From assembly GCF_030697925.1 (NCBI RefSeq), contig NZ_JAUYOJ010000002.1:3369-67368 (forward strand): a stretch of DNA of 64,000 nt, read 5' to 3'. Every line of letters starts with the position of its first letter. The stretch's first letter is position 1. The translations under genes and the position numbers were made by a program. Of this stretch, positions 18,710 through 26,239 are shown piece by piece. The stretch is from Phenylobacterium sp. (GTDB lineage: Bacteria > Pseudomonadota > Alphaproteobacteria > Caulobacterales > Caulobacteraceae). The notes beneath the pieces were generated by a model that was given only the letters and a program-made list of their open reading frames with translations, was not told the DNA's origin and searched no databases.

Positions 18710-19348
18710 ATGAAACAGTTCGCCTTGCTTACCGCCGGCCTGGTCATCCTCGCCGCCCAACCGGCCTCTGCTGCGGTGACTCAAATCACCACGCCGGATC
18801 TGGCCTACACGTCCGGCACGACGCTGCTGGCCATCACCGGCGCCGACTACACGGCCATCTCGGGCCTGACCGACAGTATCGTCAGCCTGACCTTCAACCC
18901 GGGCCAAGTCCGCAGCGTCAGCGGCAGCTGGTCCACCTGGGGCTCGCCCCCGGACACCGAGGGCGCCAATCCCAAGATCGTCTACACTGGCGGTCTGACC
19001 ACCATCACCTTCCAGTCGGACAAGGTTCTGTCGGTGTTCGGCTTCGAAGCGGAACCGAACCCCTTCTCGGCGCACAATTTCCAGATCGACTACTATCTGG
19101 GTGGCGTGCTCCAGGGCACCGTCAACCGCGTGGCCAACGGCAGCGCCGGCGCGCGCCTGATGGCGGCCTCGGGCAAGTTCGACAAGGCGGTTGTCTCGTC
19201 GACCACCGACTTCGCCTTCGGCCAAGTCCGCTATGACGTCTCGGCCGTACCGGAGCCGGCCACCTGGGCGATGATGATCATCGGCTTCGGCGCCGTGGGC
19301 GGCGCGGTGCGCAACCAGCGTCGTCGGCAGACCCTGGCCTTCGCCTAG
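18710..19348 (+). CDS. PEPxxWA-CTERM sorting-domain secreted protein
   Basis: Signal peptide (QPASA-A); C-terminus VPEPATWAMMIIGFGAVGGAVRNQRRR; start ATG at 18710 with RBS GGGAG. Confidence 0.92.
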   Translation: MKQFALLTAGLVILAAQPASAAVTQITTPDLAYTSGTTLLAITGADYTAISGLTDSIVSLTFNPGQVRSVSGSWSTWGSPPDTEGANPKIVYTGGLTTITFQSDKVLSVFGFEAEPNPFSAHNFQIDYYLGGVLQGTVNRVANGSAGARLMAASGKFDKAVVSSTTDFAFGQVRYDVSAVPEPATWAMMIIGFGAVGGAVRNQRRRQTLAFA

Positions 19349-19372
19349 ATATAGTCCACTTGCCTACCGATG

Positions 19373-19401
19373 CGCCGCCGGTCGATGACCGGCGGCGTTT
19401 T
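19373..19401 (+). terminator. Rho-independent terminator after the PEP-CTERM gene
   Basis: 11-bp stem cgccgccggtc/gaccggcggcg followed by TTTT. Confidence 0.8.
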
Positions 19402-19416
19402 CGTGTCCGGTGAGGC

Positions 19417-19713
19417 TCAGATCGCGAAGCGGCTGGGTTCCCGGCCGTCGTCCGCCACCACCCGAACGCCCGGGACCGCCGAGGCGCGCAGCTCGCAGTC
19501 GCGGTACCAGGCCACGTCGCGCTTGGGGTCGCAGTCCATCAGGATCGCGTCCTCGCCCAGTTCTACGAACAGACGCGCGATGTCTTCGATGGAGGCGTCG
19601 ATCTTCAGCGCCGAGCGCCCCGCCGCGGCCAGCTCATCCAGGCGTGCGTTGAGCCTGTCGCTCAAGGCCTCGCCCGAGGCCGTCTCGCTGGCGGTGGCGG
19701 ATGCACGCGTCAC
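19417..19713 (-). CDS. hypothetical protein (98 aa)
   Basis: Fills the gap between the terminator and the tRNA promoter; protein-like composition. Confidence 0.6.
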   Translation of the reverse strand: MTRASATASETASGEALSDRLNARLDELAAAGRSALKIDASIEDIARLFVELGEDAILMDCDPKRDVAWYRDCELRASAVPGVRVVADDGREPSRFAI

Positions 19714-19781
19714 ACGAGATTGTCGCCTCGCACGGGAGTCGGCGCAATGCCACGCTTGGCGAGCATTTTCCCATCCCCGCG

Positions 19782-19810
19782 TTGCCCGTCCGGAAAGCTT
19801 CGGCTATTAG
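19782..19810 (+). promoter_or_regulatory. sigma70-type promoter of tRNA-Ser
   Basis: TTGCCC-N17-TATTAG, about 90 nt upstream of the tRNA. Confidence 0.55.
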
Positions 19811-19900
19811 AACCGTCCCTTCGGAGGGACTGCGGGCGGGACGATCCAGCCGACCGCCGCTCCGCCGCCGGGTCGGGAGAAAACCCGAGCCAAATCAAAT

Positions 19901-19990
19901 GGTGACGTGGCCGAGTGGCTGAAGGCAACGGTTTGCTAAATCGTCATACGTGAAAGCGTATCCAGGGTTCGAATCCCTGCGTCACCGCCA
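19901..19990 (+). tRNA. tRNA-Ser(GCT)
   Basis: Acceptor stem GGTGACG/CGTCACC, anticodon loop TTGCTAA, long variable arm, T-arm CAGGG-TTCGAAT-CCCTG, encoded CCA. Confidence 0.98.
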
Positions 19991-20016
19991 CTTTCCAGTC
20001 CGTGAGCCGCGCGCGG

Positions 20017-21045
20017 CTAGGTTTCGACCGGATAGCCGCCCTCTCGCCAGGCCGTCATGCCGCCGTCCAGGGCGACGGCGCGGGTGAAGCCCAGCGACTG
20101 CAGCGTCGCCGCCGCCAGGGTGGAGATCTTGCCCAACTCGCAATAGGTCAAGATGCGCACCGTCGGGTCGGGGAAGGTCTCGTTGATCCGCAGCTCCAGT
20201 TGACCTCTGGGAAGCCAGCGCGCGCCAGGAATGTGGCCCGCCTCGAAGGCGTCACGCTCGCGCACGTCCAGCACCACCAAGTCGTTCTCGCGCGCCTCGA
20301 GCCGCCGCGAGAGTTCGCTCAGTCCGACGAAGGGCACCGCGGCGGAGGCCTCGGCCAGCAGCTGCGCCACCGACTTCTTGCCGCTCATGTTCACCCGTAG
20401 GGCCTCGGTGAGGTGGGTGGGCGCCGAGAGGTTCAACTCGCGCATCATGGCGACGAACCCGGCGCGATCGCGCTTCTGCAGGCGCGGGTTTTCGGCGATC
20501 TCGCGACCGATCGTCGTTGCGTCGCGACCCTTGTACTCGTGGGCCGGATAGACGCCGAGCGCCGGGTCCAGCTTCAGGATCTTGTTGAACAGGCTGTCGT
20601 AGAGCGCTTCCGGGTCGCCTGTCGGCAGGTCGGTGCGCCCGGTTCCGCCGATCAGCAGGGTGTCGCCAGTGAAGATGCGATCCTCCGCCAGCAACGTCAT
20701 GGAGTCGGCCGTGTGCCCGGGCGTGTGCATCGCCTGCAACCGCATCTGTCCGATCAGCAGCATGTCGCCGTCGTCCAGCCGTAGGTCGACAAAGGGCGCG
20801 GGGCTGTCGCGATGCATGACCACCTTGGCGGCGAGCGCGCCGGCGATTTCCCGCGCGCCCGAGAAGTGATCGGCATGGGTATGGGTGTCGATGACATAGT
20901 GGATCACCAGGCCGTCGCGCGCGGCGAGGCCGCGATAACGATCGATCTGGCTGATCTCCGGATCGATCAGGGTCGCGGCGCAGGTTTCGGCGCAGCCGAT
21001 CAGATAGGACCGGCAGCCGCCGACCTGGATAGTCTCGAAGACCAT
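20017..21045 (-). CDS. MBL-fold persulfide dioxygenase (ETHE1-like) fused to C-terminal rhodanese
   Basis: HTHADH, TPGHT, FTGDTL, YPAHEY; rhodanese LDVRE..GHIPGA and active-site CELGKIS. Confidence 0.85.
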   Translation of the reverse strand: MVFETIQVGGCRSYLIGCAETCAATLIDPEISQIDRYRGLAARDGLVIHYVIDTHTHADHFSGAREIAGALAAKVVMHRDSPAPFVDLRLDDGDMLLIGQMRLQAMHTPGHTADSMTLLAEDRIFTGDTLLIGGTGRTDLPTGDPEALYDSLFNKILKLDPALGVYPAHEYKGRDATTIGREIAENPRLQKRDRAGFVAMMRELNLSAPTHLTEALRVNMSGKKSVAQLLAEASAAVPFVGLSELSRRLEARENDLVVLDVRERDAFEAGHIPGARWLPRGQLELRINETFPDPTVRILTYCELGKISTLAAATLQSLGFTRAVALDGGMTAWREGGYPVET

Positions 21046-21094
21046 GGCGCACCTCCCGAGAACCCGGAACGGTGCGTCCGGTCACGGGCGTCCG

Positions 21095-21757
21095 TCAAGC
21101 GCCGGGCTGCGGAACGACGCGGATATAGGGCTTCACCGCCGTCCAGCCGCCGGGGAAGCGCTCGCGCGCCTCGTCGTCGCTGACCGACGGCACGATGATC
21201 ACGTCCTCGCCGCGCTTCCAGTTGGCGGGGGTGGCGACCTTGTGCTGGGCGGTGAGCTGGCAGGAATCCAGCAGCCGCAGCACCTCGTCGAAGTTGCGGC
21301 CCGAACTCATCGGATAGACCAGCATCGCCTTGATCAGCTTGTCGGGGCCGATGATGTAGACGCAACGCACGGTCTGATTGTTGGCCGCCGTCCGACCCTG
21401 GGCGGTGGTCCCGGCATCGGCCGGCAACATGTCGTAGAGCTTGGCCACGGCGAGATCGCGGTCGCCGATGATCGGATAATTAACGCTGTAGCCGGTGGCC
21501 TCGGCGATATCGCCGAGCCAGCGTTCGTGGTCGCTGACGGGATCGACCGACAGGCCGATGACCTTGCAGTTTCGTTTGTCGAATTCCGGCTTGAGCTTGG
21601 CCAGATAGCCAAGTTCGGTCGTGCAGACCGGCGTGAAGTCCTTCGGGTGCGAGAACAGGATGCACCAGGAGTCTCCGAGCCAGTCGTGGAAGCTGATCCG
21701 GCCTTCGGTGGTGTCGGCTTGGAAGTCCGGGGCGAGATCACTGATACGCAAGGACAT
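21095..21757 (-). CDS. 1-Cys peroxiredoxin (Prx6 type)
   Basis: FSHPKDFTPVCTTE, YPMSSGRNFDE, TPANWKRG; true start ATG at 21757. Confidence 0.93.
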   Translation of the reverse strand: MSLRISDLAPDFQADTTEGRISFHDWLGDSWCILFSHPKDFTPVCTTELGYLAKLKPEFDKRNCKVIGLSVDPVSDHERWLGDIAEATGYSVNYPIIGDRDLAVAKLYDMLPADAGTTAQGRTAANNQTVRCVYIIGPDKLIKAMLVYPMSSGRNFDEVLRLLDSCQLTAQHKVATPANWKRGEDVIIVPSVSDDEARERFPGGWTAVKPYIRVVPQPGA

Positions 21758-21851
21758 GCGTGCCTCCCTCGTTTTGGAATGGCCGAATTTAGCATGATCG
21801 GCTTGCGGCTTCCACGTCGCTGGTCGCCGGCTGGCCGACGACATGGCGCCC

Positions 21852-21868
21852 ATTACCTGAGGCGTAAT
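21852..21868. promoter_or_regulatory. palindrome ATTAC-N7-GTAAT, candidate operator
   Basis: Perfect 5-bp arms in the divergent intergenic region between the peroxiredoxin and membrane protein genes. Confidence 0.4.
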
Positions 21869-21942
21869 CGACCCTGGGCGGTGCGATTGGCACTTTCGGC
21901 TCACGCCTGGGACGCCCCCGGGCCAAGCCAAGGGAGCCACCC

Positions 21943-22338
21943 ATGACCGCCTCGTCCCAGTTCCTTCGCCGCGCCTTCGTCGCCGACGCGCTCGCCAGTG
22001 GCGCCACGGGCGTCCTGCTCGCCTTCGGCGGCGCCACGCTCGAGAGCCTCACCGGTCTGCAGGTCGCCCTGACCGAGCCGGCCGGCTACTTCCTGATCGC
22101 CTACGCCGCTTTCGTCGGCTTCCTGGGTGTACGGTCGACCTTGCCGGGGGCGGTGGTCTGGCTGGTGATCGTCGGCAACGCCATCTGGGCGATCGAGAGT
22201 CTGATGCTGCTGGCGCTAGGCTGGGCGCAACCGACGCCGCTCGGCTACGCCTTCGTGATCGGCCAGGCCCTGGCGGTGGCCGCCTTCGCCGAGCTCCAGT
22301 TCATGGGCCTGCGCCGCTCGCAACGGCTGGCCGTCTAG
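21943..22338 (+). CDS. small integral membrane protein (about 4 TM)
   Basis: Hydrophobic 131-aa ORF with RBS GGGAG and a downstream terminator. Confidence 0.8.
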   Translation: MTASSQFLRRAFVADALASGATGVLLAFGGATLESLTGLQVALTEPAGYFLIAYAAFVGFLGVRSTLPGAVVWLVIVGNAIWAIESLMLLALGWAQPTPLGYAFVIGQALAVAAFAELQFMGLRRSQRLAV

Positions 22339-22367
22339 ACCTCGACCTTCCTCCCCGGAACACTTCG

Positions 22368-22398
22368 CCCCGTCGGCCCGGCCGGCGGGGTTCTTTTC
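22368..22398 (+). terminator. Rho-independent terminator
   Basis: ccccgtcggc-ccg-gccggcgggg followed by TTCTTTT. Confidence 0.75.
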
Positions 22399-22497
22399 TG
22401 TCGCATGGCTGTGCTTAGATGCGCCCGCGGCCGCGCCGCGCATTTCGAAGCCAAAAGTCATTTCGCGCGGCGACCAACAGCCGCTGGGGAAACATCG

Positions 22498-24168
22498 ATG
22501 TTCAAGTCCTTCGCCGCGGCCTCGGCGCTCGCTTTCGTGCTCGCCGTCGGCCCCGCCTACGCCCAGTCCGGCCCCTCGGCGATTCCCGGCGCGGTGGAGG
22601 AGTTCGCCGCCATGCGCGATGGCGTGAAGCTGGCGGCCAATGTGTTCAAGCCGGCGGGGAAGGGGCCCTGGCCGGTGATCGTCTCGCGCACGCCATATCT
22701 GAAGGACGGCCCCAAGGACCGCGAGAACGCCCCGGCGCAGCTGGCCGCCCAGGCCAAGCGCTACACCGACGCCGGCTACGTGTTCGTGGTCCAGGACACC
22801 CGCGGCAAGGGGCGCTCGGAGGGCGCCTATCTCGCGTTCGAGAACGACATCGAGGACGGCTACGACACCCTCGACTGGCTCGCCGGCCAGCCCTGGAGCA
22901 ACGGCAAGGTCGGGATCACCGGCGGGTCGGCCCTGGGCATCACCGGCAACGCCGCGGCCATGGCGGCTCACCCGGCGTTGAAGGCGGCCTATGTGGTGGT
23001 CGCGCCGAGCGACCTGGGCGAGTACCGCGCGCCGGGCGGCGTCCCGAAGGAGAAGGACACCAGCGGCTGGCTGAAGGAGCAGGGCGTCGACGACAAGGTC
23101 ATCGAGGCGAGCCGCGCCCGCATCGGCGACGACGTGTTCTGGAACCGCGGATCCATGAGCGCCAACCGCAAGTACATCCGTATCCCGATCTTCAATGTCG
23201 GCGGCTGGTACGACATCTTCCAAGAAGGGGCGACGGGCAACTTCGCCTGGCTGCAAAACCACGGCGCCAAGGGCGCGCGGGGCAATCAGAAGGTGTTGAT
23301 GGGTCCCTTCGGCCACGGCGAGCTGTCGGGCGACCTGGCCTATCCGGGCTACGAGCAGGCGCTGAAGGCCGCCGGCGACCAGGAGTTCCGCTGGTTCGAC
23401 CACTGGCTGAAGGGCGCGCCGAACGGCATCATGGACGAGCCGCCGGTCAGCTATTTCATGATGGCCTCGGCCCGGAAGGGCGCCCCATCGCCGAAGAACC
23501 GGATGATGACCTCGGCCAACTGGCCGCCGGCGCACCGGCAGGTCCGCTACTACCTCACCGCCGACAAGGGCCTGAGCACCGCGCCGCCGACCGTGGCCTC
23601 GAAGACCACCTATCGCTTCGATCCCGCCAAGCCGGTGGAGACCGTGGGCGGCGCCAACCTGACCTTCGACCGCGGGCCGATGGACCAGCGGGCGATCCCG
23701 GCGCGCCAGGACTATCTGCGCTTCCAGACCCCGGTGCTGGACAAGGACGTGGTGATCGCCGGACCCGTGAAGGTGGAGCTCAACGTCGCCACCGACGGTC
23801 CCGACACCGACTTCATGGCCAAGGTGGTCGATGTCTATCCCGACGGCTACGAGGCCATCGTGCTGGACGCCCCGGTCCGCGCCCGGTTCCGCAAGGGCCG
23901 CCTGCCCGACGACGTGGAGCCGATGACGCCGGACGCCGCGGAAGAGCTGGTCGTCGACCTGTGGGGCACGGCCATCACCTTCGAGAAGGGCCACCGCATC
24001 GCCCTGCACATCACCTCATCCAACAGCCCGCGCTTTGAGGTGAACCCCAATACCGGCGAGGCGCCGGGCGCACGCAAGCTGAAGCCCCGGGTGGCGGTCA
24101 ACAGCGTCTATCACGACGCCGCCCACCCCTCGGCCCTGGTGCTGCCAGTGATCTATCCGGCGAATTAG
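22498..24168 (+). CDS. secreted CocE/NonD family hydrolase (peptidase S15-like)
   Basis: Signal peptide; MRDGVKLA, QDTRGKGRSEG, nucleophile GGSALG, GGWYDIF, C-terminal LHITSSNSPRF. Confidence 0.9.
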   Translation: MFKSFAAASALAFVLAVGPAYAQSGPSAIPGAVEEFAAMRDGVKLAANVFKPAGKGPWPVIVSRTPYLKDGPKDRENAPAQLAAQAKRYTDAGYVFVVQDTRGKGRSEGAYLAFENDIEDGYDTLDWLAGQPWSNGKVGITGGSALGITGNAAAMAAHPALKAAYVVVAPSDLGEYRAPGGVPKEKDTSGWLKEQGVDDKVIEASRARIGDDVFWNRGSMSANRKYIRIPIFNVGGWYDIFQEGATGNFAWLQNHGAKGARGNQKVLMGPFGHGELSGDLAYPGYEQALKAAGDQEFRWFDHWLKGAPNGIMDEPPVSYFMMASARKGAPSPKNRMMTSANWPPAHRQVRYYLTADKGLSTAPPTVASKTTYRFDPAKPVETVGGANLTFDRGPMDQRAIPARQDYLRFQTPVLDKDVVIAGPVKVELNVATDGPDTDFMAKVVDVYPDGYEAIVLDAPVRARFRKGRLPDDVEPMTPDAAEELVVDLWGTAITFEKGHRIALHITSSNSPRFEVNPNTGEAPGARKLKPRVAVNSVYHDAAHPSALVLPVIYPAN

Positions 24169-25433
24169 TCCACGCCGGCGGTGGCCAGGATCGCGACTAG
24201 GCCGACGGTCATGCCGCGCACGCTTGGGCCCTTCTCCACGTCGATCCATTCGTCGGTGGAGTGGGCCCGGCCGCCGGTTCCGCCCGAGCCGATGGTGATG
24301 GCGGGCACGCCTCTGGCCATCGGCGCATTGGCGTCGGTGGACGAGGCCTCGAAGCTGGGCGTGTAGCCGAAGGCGGTGATGGCGGCGATCGTATTGGCCA
24401 CGATGGGGGCGTCCTCGGGCGTGTTGCCGGCCGGGCGGTCGCCGATCGGCGTCAGCTCGGCGCTCACGGCGCCGACGCGGGTGGAACGGGCTGCGTTCTC
24501 CGCGGTGACGGCGGCTTCGATCACCGCCTTGAACTGGGCTTCCAGCCTGGCGAGCTCGGCGGCGTCGGCCGAGCGCATGTCGAACTCGACGAACACCTTG
24601 TCGGGGATGGCGTTGACCGAGGTCCCGCCGCCGGCGACCGAGGCCGAATAGGTGACCTTCGGCTCGACGGGCGGCTGGATCGCGTAGAGGTCGGCGATCG
24701 CCTTGCCCATGGCGGCCATCGGATTGACGATCCCGAAGGCGCCGTAGCTGTGCCCGCCCGGACCCTTGAAGGTGACCCGGTAGCGCTTCGAGCCGACGCC
24801 GACATGGGTGATGTGGGCCGGGTCGATGCCGTCGACCGAGAAGAAGGCCTTGGTCCTGTCCTTATACTTCCCCTTGCCGAAGAAATAGCGGACCCCGCGC
24901 AGGTCGCCCGCGCCTTCCTCGCCCACCGTTCCGACGAACAGGATGTCGCTGCGGGTCTTGATCTTGGCCGCGTCCAGGGCCCCGATCCAGGCCAGCAGCA
25001 CGGCCAGGCTGCGGGAATCGTCGGCGACTCCGGGGGCGTAGAGCTTGGTCCCCTCGCGGCGGACCTTCACGTTCGTGCCTTCCGGGAAGACGGTGTCCAG
25101 GTGGGCGGAGACCACCACGACCGGCCCGGCCTTGGTCCCCTTGCGCAGGCCCATGACATTGCCCTCGGGATCGATCTCCACGTCCTTCAGGCCGTGGGCC
25201 TCCAGCATGGCGCGAAAGGCCTTGGCCCGCTCGGCCTCCTTGAAGGGCGGGGCGGGGATCTCGGTCAGGGTGACGATGTCGGCGACCGTGCGATCATGCT
25301 CGGCGTCCAGGGTCGCCGCCGCCGTCTTAAAGGCCGCGCTGCCCACGATCCTCGCCACGTCGTCCTTGGGGGCGGCGAGGGCGGGGCCGGCCACCAGGAC
25401 GGCGAGGACGGCGGAGAGGCAGGTGCGGCGCAT
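24165..25433 (-). CDS. secreted M20/M25/M40 family metallopeptidase
   Basis: SAHLDTVF, GVADD, VGEEG, GGHS, STDAN, AHSTDE. Confidence 0.9.
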   Translation of the reverse strand: MRRTCLSAVLAVLVAGPALAAPKDDVARIVGSAAFKTAAATLDAEHDRTVADIVTLTEIPAPPFKEAERAKAFRAMLEAHGLKDVEIDPEGNVMGLRKGTKAGPVVVVSAHLDTVFPEGTNVKVRREGTKLYAPGVADDSRSLAVLLAWIGALDAAKIKTRSDILFVGTVGEEGAGDLRGVRYFFGKGKYKDRTKAFFSVDGIDPAHITHVGVGSKRYRVTFKGPGGHSYGAFGIVNPMAAMGKAIADLYAIQPPVEPKVTYSASVAGGGTSVNAIPDKVFVEFDMRSADAAELARLEAQFKAVIEAAVTAENAARSTRVGAVSAELTPIGDRPAGNTPEDAPIVANTIAAITAFGYTPSFEASSTDANAPMARGVPAITIGSGGTGGRAHSTDEWIDVEKGPSVRGMTVGLVAILATAGVD

Positions 25434-25490
25434 GGGACATCCGGTCGGGGCTGCGAGTCGGCGGCATACTAGCGGCCGGATGCGGCCCGG

Positions 25491-26030
25491 CTAGGCGCGG
25501 TTGGCGCTGGCCGTATGTTCAAGGGCCATGACGTCGGTGGCGTCCTCGGCGTCCATGATCTTCAGCAGCCGGGCGCGGGCCCGGTTGACCCGGCTCTTGA
25601 TGGTGCCCAGCGCGCAGCCGCAGATCTCGGCGGCCTCCTCGTAGGAGAGGCCCGCGGCGCCGACCAGCACCAGGGCCTCGCGGTGTTCGGGGGGCAGCTG
25701 GGCCAAGGCGTCCTGCAGGGCATGCATGGCCACGCTCCAGTCCTGGGTCGGCGGGCTGCGCAGGGCGCCGGCATATTCCCCCGTCTCGTCGCGCACCTCG
25801 CGGCGGCGGCGGATCACCTGGGTGTAGTAGGTATTGCGCAGGATTGTGAACAGCCAGGCCCGCAGGTTGGTGCCGGGCTCGAACTTGTCGCGGTTGGTCC
25901 AGGCCTTGATCAGGGTGTCCTGAACCAGGTCGTCGGCGTCGGAGCCGTTGTGGCTCAGTGACCAGGCGAACGCCCGCAGCGCCGGGATCATGCCGACGAC
26001 GTCATTACGCCAGTCGCTCTCTCCGCTCAT
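25491..26030 (-). CDS. ECF sigma factor of EcfG/ECF15 type (SigT/SigU-like)
   Basis: IPALRAFAWSL, ADDLVQDTL, TNLRAWLFTILRN, GLSYEEAAEICGCALGTIKSRVNRAR; start ATG at 26030; no adjacent phyR/nepR. Confidence 0.88.
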   Translation of the reverse strand: MSGESDWRNDVVGMIPALRAFAWSLSHNGSDADDLVQDTLIKAWTNRDKFEPGTNLRAWLFTILRNTYYTQVIRRRREVRDETGEYAGALRSPPTQDWSVAMHALQDALAQLPPEHREALVLVGAAGLSYEEAAEICGCALGTIKSRVNRARARLLKIMDAEDATDVMALEHTASANRA

Positions 26031-26092
26031 GATGTCCTCGACACGCCCCGGGCCATCGAGCGCGGCCAGGGGCCGACCTCTCGTGGCAGGTG

Positions 26093-26117
26093 AACGCATC
26101 CGGACTCCATGTGTTCC
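26093..26117 (-). promoter_or_regulatory. EcfG/SigT-type promoter GGAAC-N16-CGTT for the sigma gene
   Basis: + strand AACG (26093-96), 16 nt, GTTCC (26113-17). Confidence 0.8.
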
Positions 26118-26160
26118 GCGTGTTCCGCCTTGCGGATGGTCGGTGAATACCCACGTTACC

Positions 26161-26185
26161 GGAACTCCCCGGGGGTGGCGGCGTT
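26161..26185 (+). promoter_or_regulatory. EcfG/SigT-type promoter GGAAC-N16-CGTT for egtB-egtD
   Basis: GGAAC tccccgggggtggcgg CGTT, 55 nt upstream of the ATG. Confidence 0.8.
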
Positions 26186-26239
26186 TGGCGACTCGGTTCG
26201 CCGAAGACATCCCTTCAACGCGGTGACAGGAGCAGTCCC

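Noticed and set aside
19975-22400. Genomic island integrated at the tRNA-Ser 3' end
   Set aside because: No integrase, and no repeat of the tRNA 3' end was noticed by eye elsewhere in the window. An exact-match search would be needed to exclude one fully.
26112-26129. Tandem TGTTCCGC(G/C) as a separate repeat element
   Set aside because: One copy is the -35 of the sigma promoter; the second has no matching -10 at the correct distance.
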